From the NCBI RefSeq assembly GCF_031769215.1, contig NW_026782812.1:62001-126000 (forward strand): a stretch of 64,000 nucleotides of DNA, read 5' to 3'. The notes beneath the pieces were generated by a model. The model was not told the origin of the DNA, searched no databases, and worked only from the letters and a program-made list of their open reading frames with translations. How positions within the stretch are numbered: the stretch's first letter is position 1; every line of letters starts with the position of its first letter. Source of the DNA: Ylistrum balloti. Taxonomy: Eukaryota. This document shows positions 23,532 to 35,905 of this stretch, piece by piece. Position numbers and translations under genes: made by a program.

Positions 23532-26500
23532 ATGAGAGAAGTGGCAGTTATTGGAGCTGGGGCTAGCGGCCTTACCGCTATCAAATGCTGTCTAGACGAG
23601 GGCCTTGTACCCACGTGTTTCGAGAGAACAGACAGCATAGGTATGTACAATATATTTTGTCCTGATATATTTTTAAACGCTTCTTTTCAACCTAATAACC
23701 AACATATTGGTGAGTTTTTGAATTATAAACGTGAAATGCCTATTGTAACTGTACAGGAGGCTTATGGAATTACACGGATGATGTGAGGGATGATCAGGCA
23801 TGCGTGATGAAGTCGACAGTAATAAACACCAGCAAGGAGATGATGTGCTACAGCGACTTCCCCATCCCTGAAGAATTTCCCATATACATGCACAACAAGT
23901 ACGTCAAACGCTACTTCGAAATGTACACAGCCAACTTCCAACTCGACAAATACATACAGTTTAATACTGAGGTAAGGCGTATTGGTTTGTTTTGGCTTTA
24001 CCTGTGGGTATTTTCAAATTTCGTTTAATATTACATTACATTACGTTGTCAGGTTGATGTCGTTAATGTTTTAAGACGAGAAACTGTAATTGTTGCTGTA
24101 ATCCATAATGCTCATCCTTTCATATATAGACATTCCCTTGTTTGAAAGACAGAAATTTGCTGCGCTTTTATTTTTCAAATTCATTCCTAAAAGAGGGTCA
24201 TATTGCTTATCAGTAATTACATTGGGATGGAATGAATTGACAGTTTTACAAGAAAAAAATACGAAATATTCAAAATATAAAACATGCTCACACGAAAAAG
24301 ATGGAAGAAAGCAGTAACTTGATTTACATTAAATAACAACGTTAAATATGGAAATAGAAAAATGTAAGAATTATTAAGTTGATTACGTTGTGTTTTATGG
24401 AGAATTATCGTACAATACATTTTCATGATCAATTGGTTCAAGTTACATGCCGTTATTCATCTTATCTCTACATCTTTACAATACAGACCAGTTAATCTGT
24501 ATAAGAATTAGATTATGATTACATCCATTGAATATCAATATATGGCACTCACGTGCCACGATAATAATTAAGACAACAATCGTATTTCTTGTGTGGTCGG
24601 GTGGCGCAATGGTAACGGTGATGTACGGGGTTCGATTCCCGTGAAACGGTATGGGGTCACCTGCCCGACCACGTGAGCTTTCTCAGATTATTCCGGTTTC
24701 CTGCTACAGTAAGACCTCAAGAATGATTTATATAAGTTGATAGCTTGTTTCGCAATTGTTGTAAGATAAATAAAGTTTATATTTATTTCTTTAAAGGTTT
24801 TATCTGTAAAACCTGCTAAGGATTTCGACACCAATGGACGATGGGTAATCTGTACCCGCAACAATAAGACAAATAATACGGTCACGAAGACGTTTGATGC
24901 GGTGCTGGTTTGTACTGGCCATCATGCTAGTCCTAATAAACCAGAGTTTCCGGGGATTTCAAAATTTAAAGGCAAAGTCATTCACTCACACGATTACAAA
25001 ACCCAGAACGAATATACTGAAAAAAAGGTTATTGTCATTGGAATCGGTAACTCTGGCGGCGACGTTGCTGTGGAACTCAGTCACGTGGCATCTCAAGTAA
25101 GTTTTTAAATTCTAGTAATGTTTTTATTTCAAATCGTGTCATCTTAATTTGAATAATATAAATTTGGATCATTTATAGAATAAAATAATTCAAATACGTA
25201 TTGCACTAAAGCAATTGAAAAAAATCAATAACACTTAATATGATAGTAGGATTGAATTAACTGTACAGTGACTAAACGTTAATGCATATATATCCTACAA
25301 AACAGGAATACATCTACACTATAAAAATTTCAACGAAGAAGGCGTATTTGTAAAGTGAGATAGTAACGAGGTTTGAATAAATTGGTATACACTGAATGTA
25401 GTTTTGATGTCATGTGAAAGGTACAGAAGTCAGAATTATTCTTACTATATTTATCTGAAATCAATGAACTTCAGACGATATAAGAAAGTTAGTAGAATGT
25501 CTTAATACATTGAAATTGCGTTTACGTATCCTTTTCAATGACAGTATTGTTTTTGTTCTGAAACGGTATCCAATGAGGACATACTCATATATACTGAAGA
25601 AAAAAATGAACGATGAATCGCCAAAATTAACAACGTCAAAATCTAGATCTAAATTAGTTTTCACTAACAGGTATTTTGAGCCTTACTCTCAACACTACAT
25701 TTAAGAATTTTGAATTTCTCTTTATCAAATGATTGAGTTGAGGAATTATACCCTTTTATGGAAATGGAACGGTCCTTCCCAGGGACTAATGCAATCTTGA
25801 CTCTTACTTATGTGTTTATAGGTACTTCTCAGTACTAGACGTGGTAGCTGGGTGCTGAACCGTATAGGCCCCAATGGAGTCCCCATTGACATGACATTTT
25901 CCAGGTTCCTAGTTTTCCTTAGCAAAAATGTCTTCCCTGCTAGTATAATGGAATCATTAGCTCGATCGCAATTGAATCGGAGATTCGATCATGCAGCCTA
26001 CTCTTTACAACCCAAGCATTCGTTCTTTTCACAACATCCAATGGTTAACGACGCCCTTCCAAATCGTATAGCCAGCGGATCTCTTAAAGTCAAGACCGAC
26101 ATCAAGTGTTTCACAGAAACTGGTGCTGAATTCACAGATGGAACAAAAGAAGACGATGTCGATGCGGTGATTCTCGCGACTGGCTACAAATTCGGATTTC
26201 CTTTTATTGATAAATCCGTCATTGATGTACAGGATAACCGCATTGAGTTGTACAAATACATGTTCCCACCTAACCTTAAAAAACCGACAATTTGTATCAT
26301 TGGGTGTGTACAGCCTATTGGTGCCCTTATGCCCATCTCGGAACTTCAGTGTCGGCTTGCTACAAGAGTGTTCAAGGTAAAACTTTTTTTTTTTTTTTTT
26401 TTTTAAATAGATAACTTGTTATTTTTGCAATATCACGTGGTATATAAACTCTGTCAAAGTTCAGTGCGAGACATAATAGTTTTATAATCAGGTTATGGCT

Positions 26501-27586
26501 GATGCTCTATATTAAATGGCGAAATGTGGTGTTTAAGAATGTGTGCAATGATAAATTTCTAACCGGACGGGAGACTGTTAATTTGTAATCAATTTCATTA
26601 TATGGAATCGTATTTTGATTGGTCCGTTTCTAAGGGTGACGTCACATTGCCGCCTGCAGAAGAGATGTGGACCGACATCAGGCGGAAGGAGGAGAGGATG
26701 CGAAAAGTCTATGTAAAATCAATTCGTCACACAATTCAAGTAGACTGGGTCCCGTTCATGGACGAACTGGCTACACTTAATGGCTGTAAACCAAATCTTG
26801 GTTTGTGATAGAACTTTCAAATTACTTCCACTTAGTCATTTTTACCAAGTCAGGCGATGGAAATAAAATGTTACATCGTATGAAAAAGAAACAGAATGCT
26901 GGCGATGGTGTGAGGTTAAATGTCACTTTAGTATTGAATTCTTAATTACGCTGTGAGATAAAAGTGATGCTCTGACACCTTAGACGATGGAACATTCAAC
27001 ACATTTAAGTGTTAAACTACGTACGTGTTCGCAAAATAGAAAACAAACACCATCTATATAATATTGATATAAACTAAGCACCACCGTTGACATTCGTATT
27101 GTTTATGAACTGAATTTTAATATGTTAAGGTGTTCTGATAAAAATATGTATTGATTGTATTGCTTAACACAATTCATCTATTTCTTATGTATATATTGAA
27201 CACCACCCACAATGCTGACTCGCTATAAACCTTCTCCAGTTTAGGTCAAAATACAACACAACTACTTCATATCACATTTTGCGTAATTTATTATTTTTTC
27301 ACGTAATATTGTTTTTGTTACTCCAGCTATGTTGTTGCTGAAGGACAGACAGCTGGCGATGAAATGTATTTTCGGACCGTGTACTCCTTACCAGTTCAGA
27401 CTCGAGGGACCCGGCAAATGGGGCGGTGCAAGAGATGCAATCTTCACACAAATGGATCGCACAATGAACTCGCTCAAAACGAGACCGTTAGGCATAGAAC
27501 CCAAGTCGTCAGGAGGAGGCAACTTCTACGTGTTGTTGTTCGTCGTGGTACTACTGCTTGCCATCATATATAACCTGTTTTGGTAG
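23532..27586 (+). CDS. FMO: Flavin-containing monooxygenase A (FMO5-like), 534 aa, 6 coding exons
   Basis: Exons 23532-23640, 23757-23971, 24797-25096, 25822-26376, 26635-26800, 27327-27586 (1605 nt, open). FAD motif GAGASG, INTSKE, FMO fingerprint [17 protein letters not shown] motif GIGNSG, LATGY and a hydrophobic C-terminal anchor. Confidence 0.95.
24591..24783 (+). mobile_element. tRNA-derived V-SINE in FMO-A intron 2, 8-bp TSD
   Basis: A-box tggcgcaatgg, B-box ggttcgattcc, decayed V-domain and family tail. TSD tatttctt at 24583-24590 and 24784-24791. Confidence 0.8.
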
Positions 27587-28335
27587 ACAACTTTTGTGTA
27601 TGTTTTTGCAGTCTTTGATGTACAGAGACCATATGTTTAAGATGTTTTGTTTACCACAGCAAAACAATAAGTTTCTATACTAATCAGGTTTATATATTAT
27701 GAATGAAACATATACGTTTTCTGTGTAATCTGTTCTATTCTTTTCTCATACTTTTTGATGTTGTATGTATAGCAATGAGATACATGACCTGCTAGAAAGT
27801 CATTTTTATCAGAGAGCATGTTACTGCTGATATATAATGTATGCTGATGTTTTCTTTTTTATTTAAGAATTCGAACAAAAACTAAACTAGTGTTTGATCA
27901 AAATTACGGCACCCTCTAATTATATTGTCTATACCTTCACGACTTCTACATGAACATAAAGTGAAGTTTTTGCTGGGTGTATGCCGTGTTCATGACTTTA
28001 TTGATGTGATGTTTATGACTTTTATGATTTTTATGATAGATTTTAAGACAACACAAGAACCCATTTAATTGTAATTCACATCACATATATTTTACTAGTA
28101 TCACGTGATACCACAAACTTGTTTATTCAATATATTTTTTACATTTTTAAAAAAATTATTCCGATATTGACACGGTTAAGAATATACGCATGTACTTTAC
28201 TAAACGTGTTTGGAAATCATTCAATATTGAAAACGATGATATTAATTCAATTTGATGAGCTAGTGACCTTATCTTGTTTTCTGATAATTCGTCCATTTTG
28301 GATTTTCCTCAGATAATTTCACCATTCAGGCCCTT

Positions 28336-28380
28336 GGCATCAGTTTTGAGTGCTAGAAGGACGAAACAGCTGTATGGTAC
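28336..28380 (+). ncRNA. Decayed hammerhead-like motif, sibling of 57671-57718
   Basis: ggcatca-gttttga-gtgc-tagaa-ggac-gaaa-cagctg-ta-tggtac has the same segment lengths as the 57.7 kb motif. The flanks are also homologous (cattttggattttcc upstream, ctaactctaaa downstream). Confidence 0.45.
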
Positions 28381-29681
28381 TGTAACTAACTCTAAACGTT
28401 GCATTGAAAGGTGCTATTTTCTTATAGATATACTTCCTTGACGTTTCACCGGATGTAAGAAAATATTCGATATTAATTGAATTCCAACATAATATCTTGG
28501 ACTTTTGTGTACCTATACACTTTATTGTTGATAGCTGTACTTATAAACTTAAAAAGTAGGTGCACTTATTAACTTAAAAAGGGCGATTTATGTGACGTTT
28601 TCAAGAAATTTCGGTTGTGAACTATCCGTTTTGCCGGCGTAGTTGACTGCATTACACGTTTGATAAATATCAACAATTTCATTGTTTTCTGGTTGGTAAG
28701 GTAATTCTCTGGAGTATAAAAGTCTTTGGTATATTTGAACTGAATTTTTCACAAAATACCACCACAAATCACAAATTTCAGATTCGTTGATGTCTACTTT
28801 GTGGACCACTTTCCCTGATTTTAGGACCAGCAAACAAATATTTCAATTTGTTTCTTGATCTGGGGAAAAACTGGTTATTTAAGTGACAATTGCAAAAGTT
28901 CAAATACGGAGATTATTTCTTGCCATATTTTAAGCATACCTCATAGAATTACTAGCTGAACCCACGGATTACAAAGGGCCATGCTACCAGGTTAAATATG
29001 TGTTGAAGACTGTTTTCACTTCACCCTAATGAAGTTTTACAGGAACAACCCATAGCTTTTCCAGCAGTCCTATTTCAGGACTTCAGGAATTTTTAACCTA
29101 CTGCTGTTTGATATAAGACATAGGAACGGATAGATAAGCAGTCCTATGAATCCATTTTTTGTTGTAAATTGTCGCCTTATTAATACGTATGATAGGGATT
29201 GAATAGACGACGTCGTTGATGATAAGTACAATTGATCAAAAGGTCATATACAAAAGATCAGTGACAATCTCATATTAAATTATCAGAAATTTTCCGTAAA
29301 AGCCAGATGACAGTGAACAACCCCATTGGAAATATGGTAGTCAGCTGAAATTATTTTGATGTCTGAAATGCCTAATTAATGTTCGAATCTATTTACTTCA
29401 TTAAGATATTTAACAAAACAAAATGTACGATATTGGAAGCATTTTTGTAAGTTGAATGAAGAAATAAAGAAATTGCAACGTGTCATACATGTTTATATTC
29501 TCATGGTCATATACTGAGTTTTTTTTTCCAATCCTAAAACATTGACTAATTTGATTAGAATAGAATATATGTGAACATGATGTGAAAGATATTTTTTTCG
29601 ATAGTTATAGTCTTTAAAGTACAAGATACCACTAAGTTCAAGGCTTGTGTGTATTAAAAAACTTTAACTTCAAATGTGTCC

Positions 29682-30073
29682 NNNNNNNNNNNNNNNNNNN
29701 NNNNNNNNNNNNNNNNNNNNNNNNNNNNNNNNNNNNNNNNNNNNNNNNNNNNNNNNNNNNNNNNNNNNNNNNNNNNNNNNNNNNNNNNNNNNNNNNNNNN
29801 NNNNNNNNNNNNNNNNNNNNNNNNNNNNNNNNNNNNNNNNNNNNNNNNNNNNNNNNNNNNNNNNNNNNNNNNNNNNNNNNNNNNNNNNNNNNNNNNNNNN
29901 NNNNNNNNNNNNNNNNNNNNNNNNNNNNNNNNNNNNNNNNNNNNNNNNNNNNNNNNNNNNNNNNNNNNNNNNNNNNNNNNNNNNNNNNNNNNNNNNNNNN
30001 NNNNNNNNNNNNNNNNNNNNNNNNNNNNNNNNNNNNNNNNNNNNNNNNNNNNNNNNNNNNNNNNNNNNNNNNN
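29682..30073. other. Assembly gap (392 N)
   Basis: Run of N. Confidence 1.
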
Positions 30074-31229
30074 ATTCATCTCTAATGATTCAAAGATGAC
30101 GATATCAATAAGAATGAATGATAAACCTATACCTTGTTTGATGTGTGTACCCAAAGAAGAATGTCTCCTCTAACGGAAACTGTACGTAAATCATGTATGA
30201 TCAGAACTCGCATACAGTACCGATTTTAATCACGTTTAAAGTTCTCATTGAATCACCACACACCGATAAAAGCAGGAAACTGACACTATTTAATATTCAC
30301 AATAAACAATCACATCTCTGCTAGTCTTATTTCAGGTCTACGAAGTCCTCGCAAGCTGTATCGGTATAATGTGATTACACGATTTCCTGTTTTTTTCAGC
30401 GTCAATATGTTCCTCATAATTCTCTGCTAATGTTTCTAGTGATATAAATTAATAGCATTCCTATCTATATCGCTGTTCTGCAGTTATCACTGATACAATT
30501 ATCTCTTTCGTTTGAACAATATTACTGATATATTTGTGTAACGTTGTTTATCAAATTAGAACCACGGAAAGTTAAAGCAGGCATAAGGAAATTATCCAAC
30601 CAATAGTATTTCTTCAGATCTTGACCCGGGAGGTGAGATGGTGGATTAAGCCCTGTCTCTTCAATCGTGTATTTAAAAAGAAGAAATAAGACTGAAAATT
30701 TAGATCTTTTGGATATGTCTGATTCAGCTAGTAGTTCTATGCAAATATGTATGGGCTGACAGTCAAGATAGATGATCATCGGCCTATCTTTCGTAAACAA
30801 GCCTTCTAGTAGGTATCGTTTTTTTACCTTTAAATAGATTAATGCTATCTTAGAATATTGTGACCAACACTGTGTATCAAACACTTCTCCATCCATATAT
30901 TGTTAGTAAAACCTCTTATAAATGTGCTAAAAATAGAGCAATATTCGATAAGGTTTCTTTGTTTAGACATTATCAGTATATCGCATTAGACTTGTACACA
31001 TACTGAAGCGGATGGACACCGAGTAGGAATGATAAGTGCTCGCTGGACAATATGATTACAATGGTTCAAAGTTTCATCTCATCCGTTGTGGATGATCGAT
31101 ACATGATGTTAAATGAGAGGTAGATAAACAGGTATACGTACAAAATGTATTAAAAACGTGAAAAGAACATGTGATTTGCGCCATTTTGTGGATCTACCTA
31201 AGACATTGTTTGTTCTTCGTTAAACATAA

Positions 31230-34200
31230 ATGATGCGAGTTGCAATAATTGGAGCTGGGGCTAGCGGACTTACAGCCATCAAATGTTGTCAGGACGAACG
31301 ATTTGTGCCTACGTGTTTCGAGAGGACAAACGACATAGGTAAGACAAGGAAATGTTTGTTTTCGTTCCTGTTATAACTCCTCGTTATTGTTAAGTTTTTC
31401 CGTGTGGCTTTTGTTCAATAAAAACAATTATAATTGTTCTCGTTAGTCATATGCTAGCCACAAATGGAACATGATCTTCAAATGTTTTAGTTGTAAGGGT
31501 TACCGGTTGATGGCCCTAATGACCTTGGCGGGACGTTAAGGATGTCATAATATTGTAATAAAAGTTGTAAAGTAGTTCTGTCTTTTGTCAATGTAAAAAC
31601 TTTTGAATTAATTTCAATTATTATTTCATTTTGTTTGCTGAAACAGTATGATCAGAATAGCCAATGCAATAATTAGCGTCAGGATAATGAATTCCCGCCT
31701 TGTCATAAAGGCCTTTTTCTACGTATAAGTAAACTCATATTGAAATTTACTTGGGGAGCAAAGATGATATGAAACAAATAAGGATTATCTCCCTTTCTCC
31801 TATCAAGAGTGCCTGCGTGAACGTGTCAGATTAATTCACAAATGACAATGTAATACTGTGTGCTCTTTTCACCAAAGGAGGTCTTTGGAACTACCAGAGT
31901 GAAGTTCGGGAGGACCAGGGAAGTGTGATGCAATCAACGGTCATTAACACTTCTAAGGAAACCATGTGTTTTAGTGATTTCCCTGTACCAAAAGAGTTCC
32001 CTGTCTTCATGCACAACACATACGTACAAAAATATCTGAAGATGTATGCTGATGCACACCAGTTGCATCGACACATCAGATTCAACACAGAGGTATCATA
32101 CATCAATAACGTACAATAAGATTAATCATCCGTTTGGTGATATCAAAGTAGCCAAAGAGAAAGCAGTATCATGTTGCAGTGGTACAAAGATTGGTCCAAA
32201 AATGTAAATAAAGTTTTATTAAGTATCATTGCCTTGGATTATCAAACTTAATTGGTATGATTTGATAAATTAATTGTAAAAATAAATACGGTACTGGTGA
32301 GATATATGTCTGCCATTTATTTATCATATATTAATATATTGATACTATAAGGTCATTCACCTGAACCAAGCTGATGATTTCGAGGATTCCGGCTGTTGGG
32401 TGATTACTGTCCTGGACAGGAAGACTGGCAAAACGACCAAGATGGTTTATGACGCAGTGCTAATTTGCACAGGTCATCACGCAGCCCCTCATGTCCCGGA
32501 CTTCAATGGGATTTCTGACTTTAAAGGCGAGGTCATGCATTCTCGTGACTACAAATCTCCCCTCCATTACGAAAATAAACGTGTCGTGGTGGTGGGCATC
32601 GGCAATTCTGGTGGTGACGTCGCCGTGGAACTCAGCCGTGTAGCATCACAGGTACATGTTGCTGGGTATGGAGGGCTGTAAATAAAGTTATATGAAGACA
32701 AATTTTGATATTTACATCGAAATAAATAGTTTTCATCTGTAGAAGTTTTAATCAATTACAAGTGGTGTATTTAATTGCTTTACTACTTTAGATGTTCGTC
32801 TGATCAAACAGTTTCCTGCCGGAAAGGTAGTAATGACGATGTCAATGTTGCTATTTCACGTTGTTCGAGGAAGTAATGAAATTGAGACAAATGCGTAATA
32901 CGTAGACACTTTTACCATAGATTCAGGAGTGGAATAAATAGTTCAATTTTCATGACTTCTCTGAAATAAATCTTCCTTGCTCAAAGCTTTGTGTATTTCT
33001 TGCCATACCTTCCCCTCCCCTCCCTTTTCAAAATAAAAGCAAATATGGGATGGATGTAATATTAAAAGCACTCACTTTTGAAAATTAACGGTATTTATGT
33101 CTTCAGTAATCATTGTTTTATAGCAACATGCACTTATTGTACTGATACCTGATCAATATTAATTTCTAAATGGTAGGTATATCTCAGCACAAGACGAGGG
33201 GCATGGGTTCTCAATCGTGTTGGGACCAATGGACTGCCCATAGACTTTACTCACTCGCGGCTGGTTGTCTGGGCAAATAACCTATGCCCCTTGTGGATCA
33301 AGGCGCCAATAGCACGTTATCGTTTGAACTCAAGATTTGATCATGCCGCTTACGGATTAAAGCCAAAACATTCATTCTTCGGCCAACATCCCACGGTCAA
33401 TGATGATCTCCCAAATCGTATAGCCAGCGGATCCATTATCATCAAGACGGATGTAAAACGTTTTACGGCGACTGGGGTAGGGTTCACCGACGAAACATTT
33501 GCAGATAACATTGATTTAATTGTTCTAGCCACTGGATATGTAATAGGATTTCCATTCATGAACACGTCTGTGCTGAATGTCCGACAAAACAATGTAGAAC
33601 TGTATAAATATATGTTCCCACCTAATCTGAAGAAGAAGACTTTATGTGTCATAGGATGTGTGCAACCTCTGGGAGCTTTGATGCCAGTGTCAGAGTTACA
33701 GTGTCGCCTCGCAACAAGAATATTCAAGGTCAGTATGTCCATATACCGAAACAGGTTTACATATTTCTTTAACAAGCATGTGTGTCAATATTGTAAGTAA
33801 AGAATTGACAGGAACTGGCAAAATAAAAGTAAAACCAATGTATTTGTTTCGAGAAATACGATTTGGTTTAGATGGCTGTTTATTTTTTCAGGGTCATGTC
33901 CAATTATCGTCCAGTAAAGCGATGAGGGATGACATCAGGCGGAAGCGAGATGACATGAGTAAAATCTATGTGAAGTCTTTACGTCACACAATACAAGTAG
34001 ATTGGATCCCGTATATGGACGAGCTGGCAACACTTGTCGGCTGTAAACCCAACTTACGTACGTAATCACACTTTCATTGTATTTATTTAATTGTTCATTT
34101 TTACTTCCGGTGTTCAAGCCTTTTGAACAATGGTAAATTTTCAAAGGAATACATCTTTTCTTCAAAGAGGCAAGATAGCATAAAAGCCTCCCCTAGGTAG

Positions 34201-35748
34201 CGATTTTGAACGCTTGTAAGCCCTAAATCATTACATAATGGGCTATTCAAATCGTCCTACCTCCATCTTTCTAAAGTATCATATCCAGGTCACCCTTGGT
34301 CCCTAGTTATACCCATTTGATTAAATAATGAAAGTTAGAGCTATTTCTCAAGTCGTACAAGAATCTTTCTCAGTAATCATATCTAGGTTCTGGCAAACTA
34401 CAAAAATAATGCTGGTTATTATTGTTTTTAGAAGAACAGACTGAAGTTTTTTAAATTAATTTTCTAACACTTCTGTTACTGATATCATTTGTTGAATACA
34501 CAAATTTAAGTACAAAGCAATGTATGAATTTTGCGATGAATAACACTGAAACGTTGTTACCATATCGTCAACCATTCCCAACACATACATTTTTACAGAG
34601 GAATCTAGCTGCAAAGCTAATGACACCGGTATTTAATTTATTGTAATGACGATTAACGAGTATTCCTATTATTTGCTGTAGCCTTATTATCTACGTCATA
34701 TGAAACACGTGATGCATTGCGACAAAGTGTATAACCAATGCCTTAACGCATATGATCGTCGTTTAATACTTCACGTCGCCATCGACAAAGAAAACACAAA
34801 AATCAAGCCCATAGTAGGTCAAAGACATGACTAGAGCTCACACCTTTCGGTCATTTTGATTTTTTCTGATTGATCTCATAATCAAACAAGTATAACAAGG
34901 GACCAGAGCGAAATTACACAAAATATTTGAGAAGGTTTGATCTTGTTCCTCTTTAAAAACATTGATAGCAAATTTTCATTGGCGAGATCCAAAATGGCCG
35001 CCATTCAGCAATTCTGGTGTTAACCAAAATGGTGTTCATCCGTGACAGAGACCTTTCAAGCGACCCTACCAGTCATATATGAATATCATAATATGTCTAA
35101 ATGTATCATAGTTTTGTCGAAATCATTGTCTGTTTCGGTCATGTAAAACAACACTTGAATCTATGGTTCTGGGTGTTTTGGTACAGTAAGGTGAATTATC
35201 AAACATCTGATGATAATTGTTTGTTGGGTTTACGCGTACGAATATCCTAGAGATGGAGAGTGCAACAGCCAGATAGCACATTGCAGACAATGTTGACAAA
35301 CTAAAGGATTTGCCTTTGTTTCTTTAATGTCATGTTAACGGCTCTAATTTTTTACTCAAACCATTGATAATGTGTGGTATGATTTGTGTCTCGGTTATGG
35401 CAGTTTACACCAAATATTATCATTATCCATGGATATCTCATATAAATATATATCTGTCAAGTACAACTATTTTTCTGTTTTGCAGTGTACTTATCTATAA
35501 AAGATCCAAAATTGGCATGGAATTGTTTGGTAGGGCCATGCACTCCTTACCAGTTCCGACTCCATGGACCGGGAAAATGGGAAGGAGCCAGAGATGCTAT
35601 TTTGACTGTAAAAGAACGAACGTTATATCCATTAAAAACAAGACCTCTCGGATTTGTGCCAAATCCATCTCAGGTTGGCTTTGCACTGTTCTCTTATTCA
35701 TTCATGATACTGTACATCATGTTGATTTGGTTATTGTTCGAAAAATAA
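31230..35748 (+). CDS. FMO: Flavin-containing monooxygenase B (FMO5-like), 534 aa, 6 coding exons
   Basis: Exons 31230-31338, 31878-32092, 32352-32651, 33177-33728, 33892-34057, 35486-35748 (1605 nt, open). [35 protein letters not shown] and a C-terminal hydrophobic tail. Confidence 0.94.
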
Positions 35749-35834
35749 TTTCAAATTATCCGGTCAACATTTTCTGTATTTTAAGACTTTCAAGTGATAT
35801 TCAACAATTGTTCCTTATCTATTTAAGTCTTTGT

Positions 35835-35904
<70 letters not shown>
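35835..35904. repeat. (GAT)n microsatellite, about 23 units, just downstream of the FMO-B stop
   Basis: Perfect GAT run. Confidence 0.98.

Positions 35905-35905
<1 letters not shown>

Noticed and set aside
24591-24660. tRNA gene
   Set aside because: A and B boxes are present but there is no cloverleaf, and it continues into a SINE body. The same holds at 14352 and 52664.
29645-30173. Four 141-166 aa ORFs
   Set aside because: They span the N gap and are artefacts.
33350-33775. 141-aa antisense ORF (also 43648-44358)
   Set aside because: Shadow frames of FMO exon 4.
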